Source of the DNA: Lophium mytilinum
Taxonomy: Eukaryota
Assembly: GCA_010093605.1 (NCBI GenBank)
Contig: MU004196.1
Location: 332,606 to 396,605, forward strand
Reading direction: 5' to 3'
DNA: 64,000 bases
In this document: piece by piece, positions 26,509 through 36,915 of the stretch
How positions within the stretch are numbered: position 1 is the first letter of the stretch
How the letters are laid out: each line of letters starts with the position of its first letter
Notes under the pieces: generated by a model
The model's input: only the letters and a program-made list of their open reading frames with translations
Databases searched by the model: none
What the model was told of the DNA's origin: nothing
Translations under genes and position numbers: made by a program

Positions 26509-27696
26509 ATGGTCACCCCAAACCATGTCTACTGGCTCCCGATATTCGATAATATCCCGCGGGACTCGATCATACATCGACAAGTTGTGGGACACCAAGG
26601 CTTCTTCAACCATCCTGTCCTCATCCTCGAATTTGACGAAGATCCCAATATTGTCTGCTTCCTTCCTTTGACGACTTTCCGAGGGAACTACGGAACAGGC
26701 CCTACGCCTTTTGACATACGGGTGGAGTACATCGCTATTCAGGGCTTGACTAGCCCACCCGATGATGAGGTCAAAGTCCAAGTCGCGCCCGGCTCCCCTC
26801 AAATGGTCGAACGAACTTGGATGAAGATGGAAGTCTTCCGGATCGAGGCGGTCAACCTCCAACAGTACCTCCGGAAAACAGTCGAAATTGACGCAAATGG
26901 AATGGATGTAATCCGGACACGTTTGAGACAGCTGGCTATAACGCCTGGCGCAGTCATGCAAGTGCCAGAGGAGACGACCATTGGAATAGACTCTGTACTT
27001 CACACGCAAATCGGGGACGAAAGGGAGGGGTATTCCATCCTAAACCATCTTGCGGTTGTACTCGAAGTCAATGGTGGGTATGCTCGCTTCTTACCTATCA
27101 CGACCAGAAACATTAGTCAGGCGGGCATATCAAAGGGCGTTCAAGCTAGGGGATTTCGACAACAATACCTGCTTATTTCTAACACAGCGGTCGTTGGCCA
27201 TGATGGTACGCCTGTGCTGAACCTCGACCGAATCTCCTCCCCTCTGAGCCAGGACGTCTACGTAAAGACAGGCAAGTCTTACTGGATCGAAATCGGCCGA
27301 CTGAAGTATTATCAATTCCCCTCGGTGAGGCTCGATCCCCTCTCCACCCGCGTGCTTCTCAACTACTATTTCCCGTTCATTCACGATCGCACGCTGGGTT
27401 CATATCTTGGGAGAGCACCATCGCCGAGCCTGGATCAACTGCCCTCAGATCTGCCGCGAGACCAGGCTGATATGGCGCCTATCTTGCAGCATCAAGGGGG
27501 CCCTGAAAAGCCTCAAACGCCTCCTAGCGCTGCTTCTCTCGAGACTCGAAATCCATTCCTCCCGGTCTACCCCTTAGAGTCGGGCCCGATTCAGGAGGTT
27601 CAACAGCAAGAACAAGCCCCGAACCCGTATCGACCTGTATTTCCTGCGGAAGAAGCAGAGGCCTTTAATCCGTATAGACCAGTCTATCCTGATTGA
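26509..27696 (+). CDS. Paralogue D: two tandem PemK/MazF-like domains plus Pro-rich tail (395 aa)
   Basis: TPNHVYWLP..NHPVLILEF..FLPLTTFRG and TPGAVMQVP..NHLAVVLEV..FLPITTR..HDGTPVLNL..YVKTGKSYWIE. Divergent from paralogue C. Confidence 0.75.
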   Translation: MVTPNHVYWLPIFDNIPRDSIIHRQVVGHQGFFNHPVLILEFDEDPNIVCFLPLTTFRGNYGTGPTPFDIRVEYIAIQGLTSPPDDEVKVQVAPGSPQMVERTWMKMEVFRIEAVNLQQYLRKTVEIDANGMDVIRTRLRQLAITPGAVMQVPEETTIGIDSVLHTQIGDEREGYSILNHLAVVLEVNGGYARFLPITTRNISQAGISKGVQARGFRQQYLLISNTAVVGHDGTPVLNLDRISSPLSQDVYVKTGKSYWIEIGRLKYYQFPSVRLDPLSTRVLLNYYFPFIHDRTLGSYLGRAPSPSLDQLPSDLPRDQADMAPILQHQGGPEKPQTPPSAASLETRNPFLPVYPLESGPIQEVQQQEQAPNPYRPVFPAEEAEAFNPYRPVYPD

Positions 27697-28331
27697 CGAG
27701 GTGGTAGCGGTGCTGAGGAGGGTCAGAGGCATCTTGTTGGCGATCAAAAAGGATCATCCTCGTTTCTAATCTGGTGGCTTTTCGTCCTCTATTTTGCCTT
27801 CCTTCTGATTCGTATGCGATTGTAGGAATAAAAACATCTGGCAACATTAATCAGGGTGGGAGCTTCTGGAGTCGGACAGCCTATTGCTACCGTTAGAGAT
27901 CCTCCATACTACTCAAAGAATTGTGCCGCGTTGTTGATAGTCTGACGCCGTAAACTGGGGGTACTTGGAGACGATGCGGGGATGGGATGGTATGCAGTTA
28001 AGTTGTGAATACGAGGTTGTAGCGTGCCGTAGCACGGCATACGACAACCACTCACCGACCACATCTCTAGGGGCAACGCTTCTGTTTTGACCACCCCATC
28101 ATCTCCGCAATCCTTTCCGTCTGCTCACTACTCAATATTGCGCCTGCTGCAATCATCATCCAAATTAACACTCAACGCTCTCTGCTATAAAATCAATAAA
28201 CCATCATATTTCCTTCTTCACCACAATCGCACGTTGGTACAGCAGGATTCCTGTGCAACACCGCCGCATTGCGAGACTCCACGCGAGAAATTCCCCAATA
28301 CATGCGATAGCATTCCAGTACCTTGTCTGGC

Positions 28332-30797
28332 ATGGCCGCCTTAAGCTTTAGGCCCCTCCAGGTGGCGAAGCGGAAACTGCAGTCCTACTCGCAAGTGCCT
28401 GTCGAGACGGAAGACGACTCATCCTACTACGACGACGACGTTGAGAAGCGCTACATCGCCGACGACCACGATGTCGACACGGACTACCTGTCCTCTCCCT
28501 CCTCCGTTTTCTCCTCCCGCGCCTCGTCGGGGGTGCATGCGCCTCTGCGCCGCCGATCGCTATCGAAACCCACCATAAATGCCTACTCGTATCGGAACCC
28601 GAGAGCGTTCTCGCGGTACTTCACCGTAGCGCTGGCGTCGACCGTGCTACTGTTTATACTATTCTTGGCAAAGATGGGCGTTTCGAGCGCAAAGAGTGTG
28701 CAGTCGGGGTTGACGAAGCCACCACCACCGCCTGCCGTTTGGGAAGCCTTCCCGTTCTTGAAGAGATACCATGGTGGCATACGGACGTTGACTTCGCGGA
28801 AAGAAAATGTTCCGGAGTACCCCAATGGAGAGGAAGTGCCCGAGGCACCCGAGACGAAGAAGAATGAGCGAAGAATGGAAGGCGGGAATCTACCAGCTGG
28901 GGACACCTTCAACCCTTATCCCAAATACGAGTCGGCCGATTACCTCAAAAAACATGCCCCAGTGCAGACATGTTATCTGGACGAAGCAGAAACGATAATG
29001 ATCCCGCAATTACGAGCCTTTCCAGGCGTCACACAAGGATTCCCGGATAATGTTATTGGGTCATATGACGTTTTGGGAATCAACAATGATGTATGCTTTG
29101 AGCGTTACGGAAGACTGGGGCCATATGGGTTGGGCTACAGCAGGAAAATGGGCGGTACTGGCGCGGGTATGGAGGGAGACCGAGAAATGGCGGAGAAGGT
29201 CTGGGAGGAAGTTCCCGAAGTCGATTACCGCAACATCAGCTGGAAACAAGCGCAAGATCGATGCATGGAGAAAAACCATCTCCGATTCAAACCGAAACCC
29301 AAGGGCAGGAACCACTTCTTTGAGACTATGGCCATGAATGGCCCTGAGGATGAAGCGGCTGACTCCATCGAAATACGAGAAGCGAAAGCAAAGTCGACTG
29401 CATCTGCCAACTCTACGTCTACTGATAATCTCACAAAGCTTCCTCGTACCGTGGTTTTGATTCGGACCTGGTGGGACTATAAATACGACGAGGAAGACCT
29501 GCTCTATCTGCGCGCTCTCATCTCAGAGCTCAGTATTCATTCCGGGGGTGAATATACTGTGCACTTCCTGGTCCATGTCAAAGACGACAACAAGCAAATC
29601 TGGGCCGATGAGTCTATTTATCAATCTGTCCTCTTTGCAGCTTTGCCTGCCGAGTTCGCGGGCATGGGGACCCTTTGGTCGGAGAGGCAAATGGGCCTCA
29701 TCTATGGCGGTGTTTCAGAGTCCTTCTACCGCAACCTTCCTGTGCATGGAGCATACCGGAGCACATACATGCCTGTGCAATACTTCGCACACCAGCACCC
29801 CGAGTTCGAATACATATGGCAATGGGAGATGGACGTGCGATATACCGGCCACTTTTATCATCTTTTCGACCGCGTTGCCGCATTCGCTCGCGCACAGCCT
29901 CGAAAGGGCCTTTGGGAACGCAGTTCCCGCTTCTACATACCCGAAGAACATGGTAGCTGGGAGGACTTTACGCAGATGGTTCGCGTTCAAACCGAGCATG
30001 GCACAAACTCCCAAGCCAACAATTGGTCCAAGAAACTCCCCTCAAACCCAAACATCCCCGAATCGATTACCGAGCCTAGTAAACCTGAAAAGGCAATATG
30101 GGGTCCAGAGCCACCGTTGGACGATGAACTGGATCTGTCCGATTCGCCACAGCCTCCAACCGCCTACAAGGACGACGACTACGTTTGGGGCGTCGGTGAA
30201 GATGCTGACTTCATCACATTCAACCCCCTCTTCGACCCTGCCGGCACAAATTGGATTCTTGCAGATGATGTCACCGGCTACAACATCACGCGTGAACCTC
30301 CGCCTCGTCGAACTGCCATCGTGACTGCAAGCAGACTATCACGGAAGCTGCTTGAGACGATGCACAGAGAAACTGCAATCTACCGCCACACGATGTTTTC
30401 AGAGATGTGGCCGGGCTCTTGCGCGCTGCATCACGGCTACAAGGTTGTCTATGCTCCGCATCCTGTTTTCATTGACCGTCGCTGGCCTACGTCTTATCTC
30501 GCAGCGATTTTCAATGGTGGACGGAATGGTGCTGCAGGTGGTGCCCGTCTGTCTGTCTTCAGCGACGAACGGCAACATAACTTCCGTGGCACGACATGGT
30601 ACTATGACGCGGGATTCGCGCCGAACCTCTGGAAGAGATGGCTCGGCTACAAGGTAGATAACGACGGCGGCGAACAGCATGAGACTTCTGGGGAAGGGCG
30701 GATGTGTGTGCCGGGCATGCTGCTGCATCCCGTCAAGCAGGTGGATTTGGTGTTTGAGCATGAAGCTGGGGAAGGAGACAAAGAGAAGGACGGATAG
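28332..30797 (+). CDS. DUF3405-type fungal type II membrane protein (possibly glycosyltransferase-like)
   Basis: One TM segment (YFTVALASTVLLFILFLA). CFERYGRLGPYG, RTVVLIRTW..LRALISELSIHSGGEY, PEFEYIWQWEMDVRYTGH, WGVGEDADFITFNPLFDP and MLLHPVK. Confidence 0.85.
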   Translation: MAALSFRPLQVAKRKLQSYSQVPVETEDDSSYYDDDVEKRYIADDHDVDTDYLSSPSSVFSSRASSGVHAPLRRRSLSKPTINAYSYRNPRAFSRYFTVALASTVLLFILFLAKMGVSSAKSVQSGLTKPPPPPAVWEAFPFLKRYHGGIRTLTSRKENVPEYPNGEEVPEAPETKKNERRMEGGNLPAGDTFNPYPKYESADYLKKHAPVQTCYLDEAETIMIPQLRAFPGVTQGFPDNVIGSYDVLGINNDVCFERYGRLGPYGLGYSRKMGGTGAGMEGDREMAEKVWEEVPEVDYRNISWKQAQDRCMEKNHLRFKPKPKGRNHFFETMAMNGPEDEAADSIEIREAKAKSTASANSTSTDNLTKLPRTVVLIRTWWDYKYDEEDLLYLRALISELSIHSGGEYTVHFLVHVKDDNKQIWADESIYQSVLFAALPAEFAGMGTLWSERQMGLIYGGVSESFYRNLPVHGAYRSTYMPVQYFAHQHPEFEYIWQWEMDVRYTGHFYHLFDRVAAFARAQPRKGLWERSSRFYIPEEHGSWEDFTQMVRVQTEHGTNSQANNWSKKLPSNPNIPESITEPSKPEKAIWGPEPPLDDELDLSDSPQPPTAYKDDDYVWGVGEDADFITFNPLFDPAGTNWILADDVTGYNITREPPPRRTAIVTASRLSRKLLETMHRETAIYRHTMFSEMWPGSCALHHGYKVVYAPHPVFIDRRWPTSYLAAIFNGGRNGAAGGARLSVFSDERQHNFRGTTWYYDAGFAPNLWKRWLGYKVDNDGGEQHETSGEGRMCVPGMLLHPVKQVDLVFEHEAGEGDKEKDG

Positions 30798-31455
30798 TTA
30801 GCTGAGAGTTGGGGTCGTGGCGTTTATGGAGTTCTGGGGGATGGGTTGGTTCACGATTCGTGTCATTAATGCATCATGGAAGACCCGGGATGTATATATG
30901 AGGGTGCTGGACTACACCGAGCAGGGCTGCATTGGGCGCTGGTTAAACTTCGTCATGAGAGTGCACGGTTGGTCTTGTAGATGTTTGTAAGCGCGGCGTA
31001 TATGATATTCTTGTCCGTTTGTACCATGTCTTGTACCTAATGTGAACCTTGGTGTCAGTAAAACTCCTCTGGGTGTGCGTTTAGAAAGGATGGAGTCACG
31101 TGAGTTACAAGCCCTTCCATCATGAAGCATTTCCAGTTGCTTATTGGCAGCATAGACCTCCTAGAACGTAAAGCTCCTCCGAACTAGCTAATTTGGAAGG
31201 ATTAAATGTGCACATAGAATCATAGCACTACTGTCCGATATCACGTGTACTTGACGCTAAACATCCGTACGACTCCAACTTCCCACCGCACAAGCTCTCT
31301 TCCCACCTTCAGATTATTCCAAAACTCGCTCTTCACCCACAAAGAGACGCTTCGGCACCCTCGATCATCCTAAGAGCAGCCATCAGGGGCCGCATGTCAG
31401 ACGCGTTCCCTGCTCTTGCACATGAAGACTAAGATATTGACAAGCATCCGACACC

Positions 31456-33074
31456 ATGGATGTATGGGACCCTACCATCTCTACTTCGAGCATACCAGCT
31501 TATATGTTGCCAGCAGCTCCAAGGGGGACACTGGTCGCCTCGGAGCAGCCTGAACAAACCGGCTTGGTAATTTCTGGTGTTCATCTCCCTGAGGAACTGC
31601 TGGAACGCGTCGCCATGCATACAGCGTCCGACAACGCCTCGGCGAAGCGACTGCGAGAGACGTGCAAGTTGTTCTCCCGGGTTGCGGCCCGCTACGTCTT
31701 TCATACAGTCCATTTCTCCCCGCTGAGGGACAACCTGCAATGGCTCATAATGATTGCTTCCGATAAGGTCTTGGCCAGCTACGTCAGGAAATTTGTCTAT
31801 CATGATGGTTCCATGCAGCAATTCAACAGTAGAAGACATTCAAGGGCCGATATTGAACATGCAGAAAAAGAACTGTGGGCCAACCCGGGTATGTGTACTC
31901 CTTTCTTTTGCTCAGCTCGACCAACATCTGCTTTGTCAATCCATATCCCAGCCATCTTCCAATGTAATTATTGACTGGACGCGCAGAGCGAGAAACAACA
32001 AAGGATTTTTGGACATGCACGGACTCCTCAAAAAAGCTATCAGATGACCCATTAGTCGCTACGTACCTCAGTCTGGTCGAGGCCTTGCACAACCTTCAGA
32101 ACGTTGACTCTGTTGCTATATATCGAGACGACCGATTGTTTAAGACGGGAATGAGATCATTCCATCGTAATTGTACAGATACGTCGATGAGGAGTACATT
32201 CCGCTGCTCGATATCGAACCTGATACCCCCGCATGGGCCACACCTGGTTGATCATCGGATGTACTGCGACGCTCAACTTAATTGTTTTCTTCACAGCCTG
32301 GCTCCAGCAAAGGCCGCGAACAACTCATTCCCGAACAAGATGTCTCATGTTGTCTTTTACAATACGAGTATGAAGGCTGAGGGCTCTAGGGAGGTGCTAT
32401 ATCCGACCCTAACAGATAACTCTGTTCCGGCCTCCCCTCCGTTCAAAGCGCTGTCGGTGCTTGACATTGACCTCACCGAAAAAACTTTCAGCGCGGATGA
32501 ACTGTGTTCTTTCGATCAGTTGGTTTCCTGGTTGTCTTGTTCTACCCACCTGAAAAGTGTCAGGATCGTACTGCACTATAATATAGAGCCAACCGAGCGG
32601 CTTTCCAATGATGACGACTCACAAGGTCCTCACTACGGAACTTGGCCACGGCTCGAGAAATTGACTCTGAGTGGTTTCGCAACCACTGCGCGCCATCTAA
32701 CGAGGTTTCTAATAAGGATTGCATCTAGCCTACGGTGCTTATCTCTCTCGAATTTACACCTCGATGACGCACAAGGATGGCAATTTGTTCTTGTAGAGCT
32801 ACACAATCACTTGAAGCTCGACCAAGTGCATTTGAGGTTTTTGAGGGTAAGGGGCGGGTACCTATTGGGTAAACTCGATCCAGATGCACCGCCCAAGTTT
32901 CGCGATGAAGAACGCAGACTAGAATGCCACTGGAGAGCTGTCGAGGACTACGTGCTGCGCAAGAGTACGGTGGAGCCTCATTTGGACGGGAAAACTTTCT
33001 ATGCAACGCACGCGTACTGTGGCTTGGCGGACTGCCCGGAAGCACCTTATACCGAATACGACAGTCCAAGCTAG
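31456..33074 (+). CDS. F-box / LRR-like protein
   Basis: LPEELLERVA..AKRLRETCKLFSRVAARYVF (F-box-like), then WPRLEKLTL and SLRCLSLSNLHL. An intron at about 31889-31986 joins the two ORFs in frame. Confidence 0.7.
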
Positions 33075-33401
33075 TCATCATGTCCGAAAGACACAACAAG
33101 ATCCGGATTTTAATGGAATAGGTCGCGTTTTTGGGGTTCTCTTACGAACAAGGTTCGAATTGCTGTATGCAGAGCAACATCTTCTACTCTCTCCTACAGC
33201 CCTCACGGACTACAATTTCGGCTTAGGTGTATGTATCTTTTTCATAGCAGCCGTTCCCTTTTCGCCATTTCGGAATTACCATCCTCTTCGTTTCCAGGCT
33301 ATTTAGGCTATGCACTGCACGATTAATATCTCAAGGATATCTTAATAGATAACATTTCGGTATCCCTTGGCCCGCCGTGGCGCAACGCTCGAACTTTCTC
33401 C

Positions 33402-33667
33402 GTGTAAAGGGACAGTCTAACGCTGTTTGAGGTGGCCCGTAAGGCTTTTAGTCTCGTTCAAGCTGTCCTTTTCCGACCTCTTATGATGTATTACAGGACC
33501 CCAGGCGGTGCTAAATTAGTTCACGCATATGCTCCGACTTTCTGTTGAACACACTGTGTGAAGGGACAGTCTAGCACCGTTTAAGGTGGCCCGCAAGGCC
33601 TTTGGTCTCGTTAAACCTGTCCTTTTCCGATCTCTTATGATCTAGTACAGGACCCCAGGCGGTGCTA
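33402..33667. repeat. Tandem duplication of a 112-bp hairpin-forming unit (period 154 bp)
   Basis: 33402-33513 and 33556-33667 align without gaps. Each contains AAGGGACAG...CTGTCCTTT and ends ACAGGACCCCAGGCGGTGCTA. Confidence 0.9.
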
Positions 33668-33775
33668 GGCTATTGTACGAAAAGCCTAGAGGGCATGTGT
33701 TGCTCAAGTAATCCGCTGCAGCTCTCATCACTCGAAGCTTACTATTGGTGATATTCTTATCGATATCGTAGAGCC

Positions 33776-33824
33776 AAATTGTGACGGGTCAAGGGATAGC
33801 AAATGCGACGGGTCAAGGGATAGC
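33776..33824. repeat. Two-copy ~24-bp tandem repeat
   Basis: GACGGGTCAAGGGATAGC occurs twice. Confidence 0.9.
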
Positions 33825-34027
33825 CTTTGCACACCCGAGACTCTTGCGCTATGTGAACTATACGGTGACATGCTCCATGACAAGCCTCAAACCCCACTTC
33901 ACGATATAAGCACATATTCAAGCATCCCAGAACAAGATTTGCATTATCCCTATATACCCCCATTGGCCCCTCGCTTCTCAAACCCTCCACCTCCCAAGCC
34001 TCGCCACACTATAAACGCGCCCCCCCC

Positions 34028-34037
34028 NNNNNNNNNN
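34028..34037. other. Assembly gap
   Basis: Ten N residues following a C run. Confidence 1.
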
Positions 34038-34127
34038 CATAAGCCACCTCAGCAGCCATCATCTTAAATACCTATGTGGCTTCTCCTCACGCCTCAACCA
34101 GACCCGCCACCGCCACTCGCAAGAAAG

Positions 34128-34379
34128 CTACTGGGCACCCGAGCCCGTTCCATCATCGGACGGCTGCCAGATGACATCACAATAAGCACACAGCGAGCAA
34201 AAGCAGCTCGCACAAGCACCGTTGATCACAGCGTTCCCATGCCAGCAGACGCAGCACACCCAGCCGATGACAGTGCCCGGGAGCGTAGGAGGCTGCGACC
34301 ACATCAGACCCGGGGGTGCGAGCCATGAGCGGTTGTCACGGTAAGGGGGGCCGTAGGGGTGGTGGGGGTAGAGTGGCAT
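34128..34379 (-). CDS. Small Cys-rich, probably zinc-binding protein (83 aa)
   Basis: MPLYPHHPYGPP..GWVCCVCWHGN....ACASCFCSLCAYC, a W-x-CC-x-C...CxxC..CxxC pattern. Confidence 0.55.
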   Translation of the reverse strand: MPLYPHHPYGPPYRDNRSWLAPPGLMWSQPPTLPGTVIGWVCCVCWHGNAVINGACASCFCSLCAYCDVIWQPSDDGTGSGAQ

Positions 34380-34448
34380 TTTGATCTTGGGTTTGAGGGT
34401 GGTGGCAAAGGGAGACAGTGCTTTTGAGGCTCGTAGCAAAGGTAGATT

Positions 34449-34520
34449 GTGGTTCTAGTGGTTCTAGTGGTTCTAGTGGTTCTAGTGGTTCTTGTGGTTC
34501 TTGTGGTTCTTGTGGTTCTT
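34449..34520. repeat. 9-bp minisatellite (GTGGTTCTW) x8
   Basis: Direct reading of the sequence. Confidence 0.95.
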
Positions 34521-35456
34521 ATGCTTTTGCTAGCAGAAAGTAGAGTGCAGAAGTGTTCGAGGAGAAAGGCGAGGAGGGGGCCTTAAATCCCCCGTCTGCA
34601 CCTCTCTGTACCACCATGAGCGCTGGTAATAGACGTCGTGGGGCTATGTGTTCATGAGCTGGAGACTGTGAAGGGAGCTGCCGGCTCTCTTGGATTGGGT
34701 CGATAGGGTGCGGAAGTGACGAGATCGGAGGTAGCCATGGTGGCGAAGAATGCTACGTCGAGGAATAAAGACCTAGGCTTCGTCATATCGCTAGAGATGT
34801 GCTGGATAAGACACGCTGGGCTGCCTCCTCCTGGAGATTCGTTGAAGGAGGTAGAAAGTGAAGGGGTGTCGTGGCGAAGAGGCGCTGCTTTCTGAAGAGA
34901 AGAGAGTAGATTGAGCACGAAGAGGGTCGAAATATCGTGGACGAGTACGAGGCGTGCGAGTGCGGATTGTACGTAGAGGGTACGTGGAGACAGAAGTGAG
35001 GCTAGGCGGTAAGGCGGAACTCCGGAGGATGCGGAGGTACGTATGCGAGACTTTGAAGGTGAGAGATGCAAACATATCAAAAGGAAGTCGAGTGGCGAAG
35101 AGCTGGAGAGACGACCTATAATTGAAGCTGACCTGGACACCGGCTGGCTCTATACCTAGAGGATCGGAGAGCCTCGGGATCTAGCAGCCCTAGGAAGAGT
35201 CACTGTTACTTGATGTGAGCAGAAATGCGGTATTTTGTATACTTTGGAAGTCATTTCGATTCAGAGCCCTTTTCCGAAGCCTTTACCATACGATGCAAAT
35301 CTAGACCACCAGCCATGCAGTTTTCCTTCCTGCCTGATCCATGCATCTACCCCTCGCCGTTCTATCTCTTCTCTGCAAGCAATTTCATTCCTACCGACAG
35401 GGTATTCGATGAAGCCTCTGCATGTAATACGTCAGTGATACCTATCAGCCTCGTGT

Positions 35457-36915
35457 TCAGTTGAGAATCCTTTTTCTTCCGTTCGGACCGTCTCTTCCAA
35501 CGCTGACCGTATTGTCTGGCCCTATACTGATACTCAAAGCACTGTCCTCATCGTCACTGCCACCACCTCTGCCACCGCCTCTGCCTCCGCCTCTACGGCT
35601 GCCACTGCGGCTGCCAGCGCCCTGGCTCCTACTACGCTCTGGTCGAATTACTAACCAAGTCGACCCGTCTCTACCCTCCTCCTTACTGGCCAGCTGTAGC
35701 TGAGGACGGCCGTTGCGAGAGCGAGGGAGCGGTGGAGCAAGGAAGACGGAAGGTAGGGTGGTGGTTGGATTGGGTAGGGCGAGAGCCTTGAAGGACGGAT
35801 GGTCGAGAATTGTGAGGGGGGCAGTAGGGAGAGAAGAGAAAAAGGTTGCTGGTACTGAGCCAGGGGTGGTGGCGAGGAGGAGGTGGCGGCATTGGAGGTG
35901 GGAGGTTGAGAGTGTAAGGTTTTCTGGTACGAGTGTAAGTAACCAAACAAGTGGAACTGGTAAGCGGAAATTCGTGTAGACTGTGATACGGAGGAGGATG
36001 GAGTTGTTATGCCCCCGACGAGATATTATGTATTTCATGGGAAATCGCGGCACAGGACATAGGGTGATTGAAGGATTTTCTGAACTAGTAGAATGTAGAA
36101 AAGAAAGGGTGAAAGATTGGAGAATAGGACTGGACATACCTCTTATCTTCCTCCCAGCACCACCTTCCTTCCCCACACCCACATCTATCCAGTCGAAGCC
36201 GGGCACCCTCGCACAAAAACCAGTCGCAAATGCTCTTAGTTGACCAAGGTTTCTGACCTTCCCCTCACGCACCATCGCGTTTGCCATGCCTTCAAGATTT
36301 GCATAAACGCGGACGAGGAGGTCAAGTTTGTCGGCGTCATCATAAAGCGGTCGAAGGTATTCTCGGAGTCGGGCGGAAAGCTCGTCAGCTAAGGCCTCGC
36401 CACCTTTCGAACCTTTTGTTGTGTATTTATCCAGAAACTAAGTGTGAGTTCGCGTTAGTATGGCTATTGGTATGACTCCACGAGGTAGACCGAAGGCGAG
36501 GGCTAGGGATGAATCAGTGCGTACCATAAATCCGTCCGGATCTGCTTCGATGAGGACCATAGCGTATGGACGCCGAGACTAGAAATATGTTAAGCCTGGT
36601 ATAATGTTTTACAAGGCTGATTCTGATACATACGGTTTTCTCGACCAAAGCTGCCTCTCGCTCCTTTGCTTCTACCACCTCGGATTGCAAGCGTCGGCGG
36701 ACATTCTGCTCACTCTGAAGGTCGAGTTCGGTCTGTTGGAGCTTGGCTTCCGTCTTTTCGAGCTTGTCAAGAAGCTCCTACAGGTTACCAGGGTCAGTGC
36801 ACGGCTTCGAAAGACAGGCGGAACTGGTCTATACCTCGATCAAGGCATGTCGAGACTCTTCGAGGATGCGATACTGTGCCAGACGGCCGCGGTATGTCTC
36901 TGGAACTTCGGCCAT
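35457..36915 (-). CDS. Coiled-coil plus NYN/PIN-like domain protein of the fungal CCCH-zinc-finger-associated family; no zinc finger
   Basis: Spliced exons: MAEVPETYRGRL..|ELLDKLEKTEAKLQQTELDL..|SRRPYAMVLIEADPDGFM|FLDKYTTKGSKGGEALA..VRVYANLEGM..LRAFATGF..FDWIDVGVGKEG..KIR|ENL..QCRHLLL. Confidence 0.7.

Noticed and set aside
34652..35140. Overlapping Ser/Arg-rich minus-strand ORFs
   Set aside because: Low complexity with no family motifs; coding status is unsupported.
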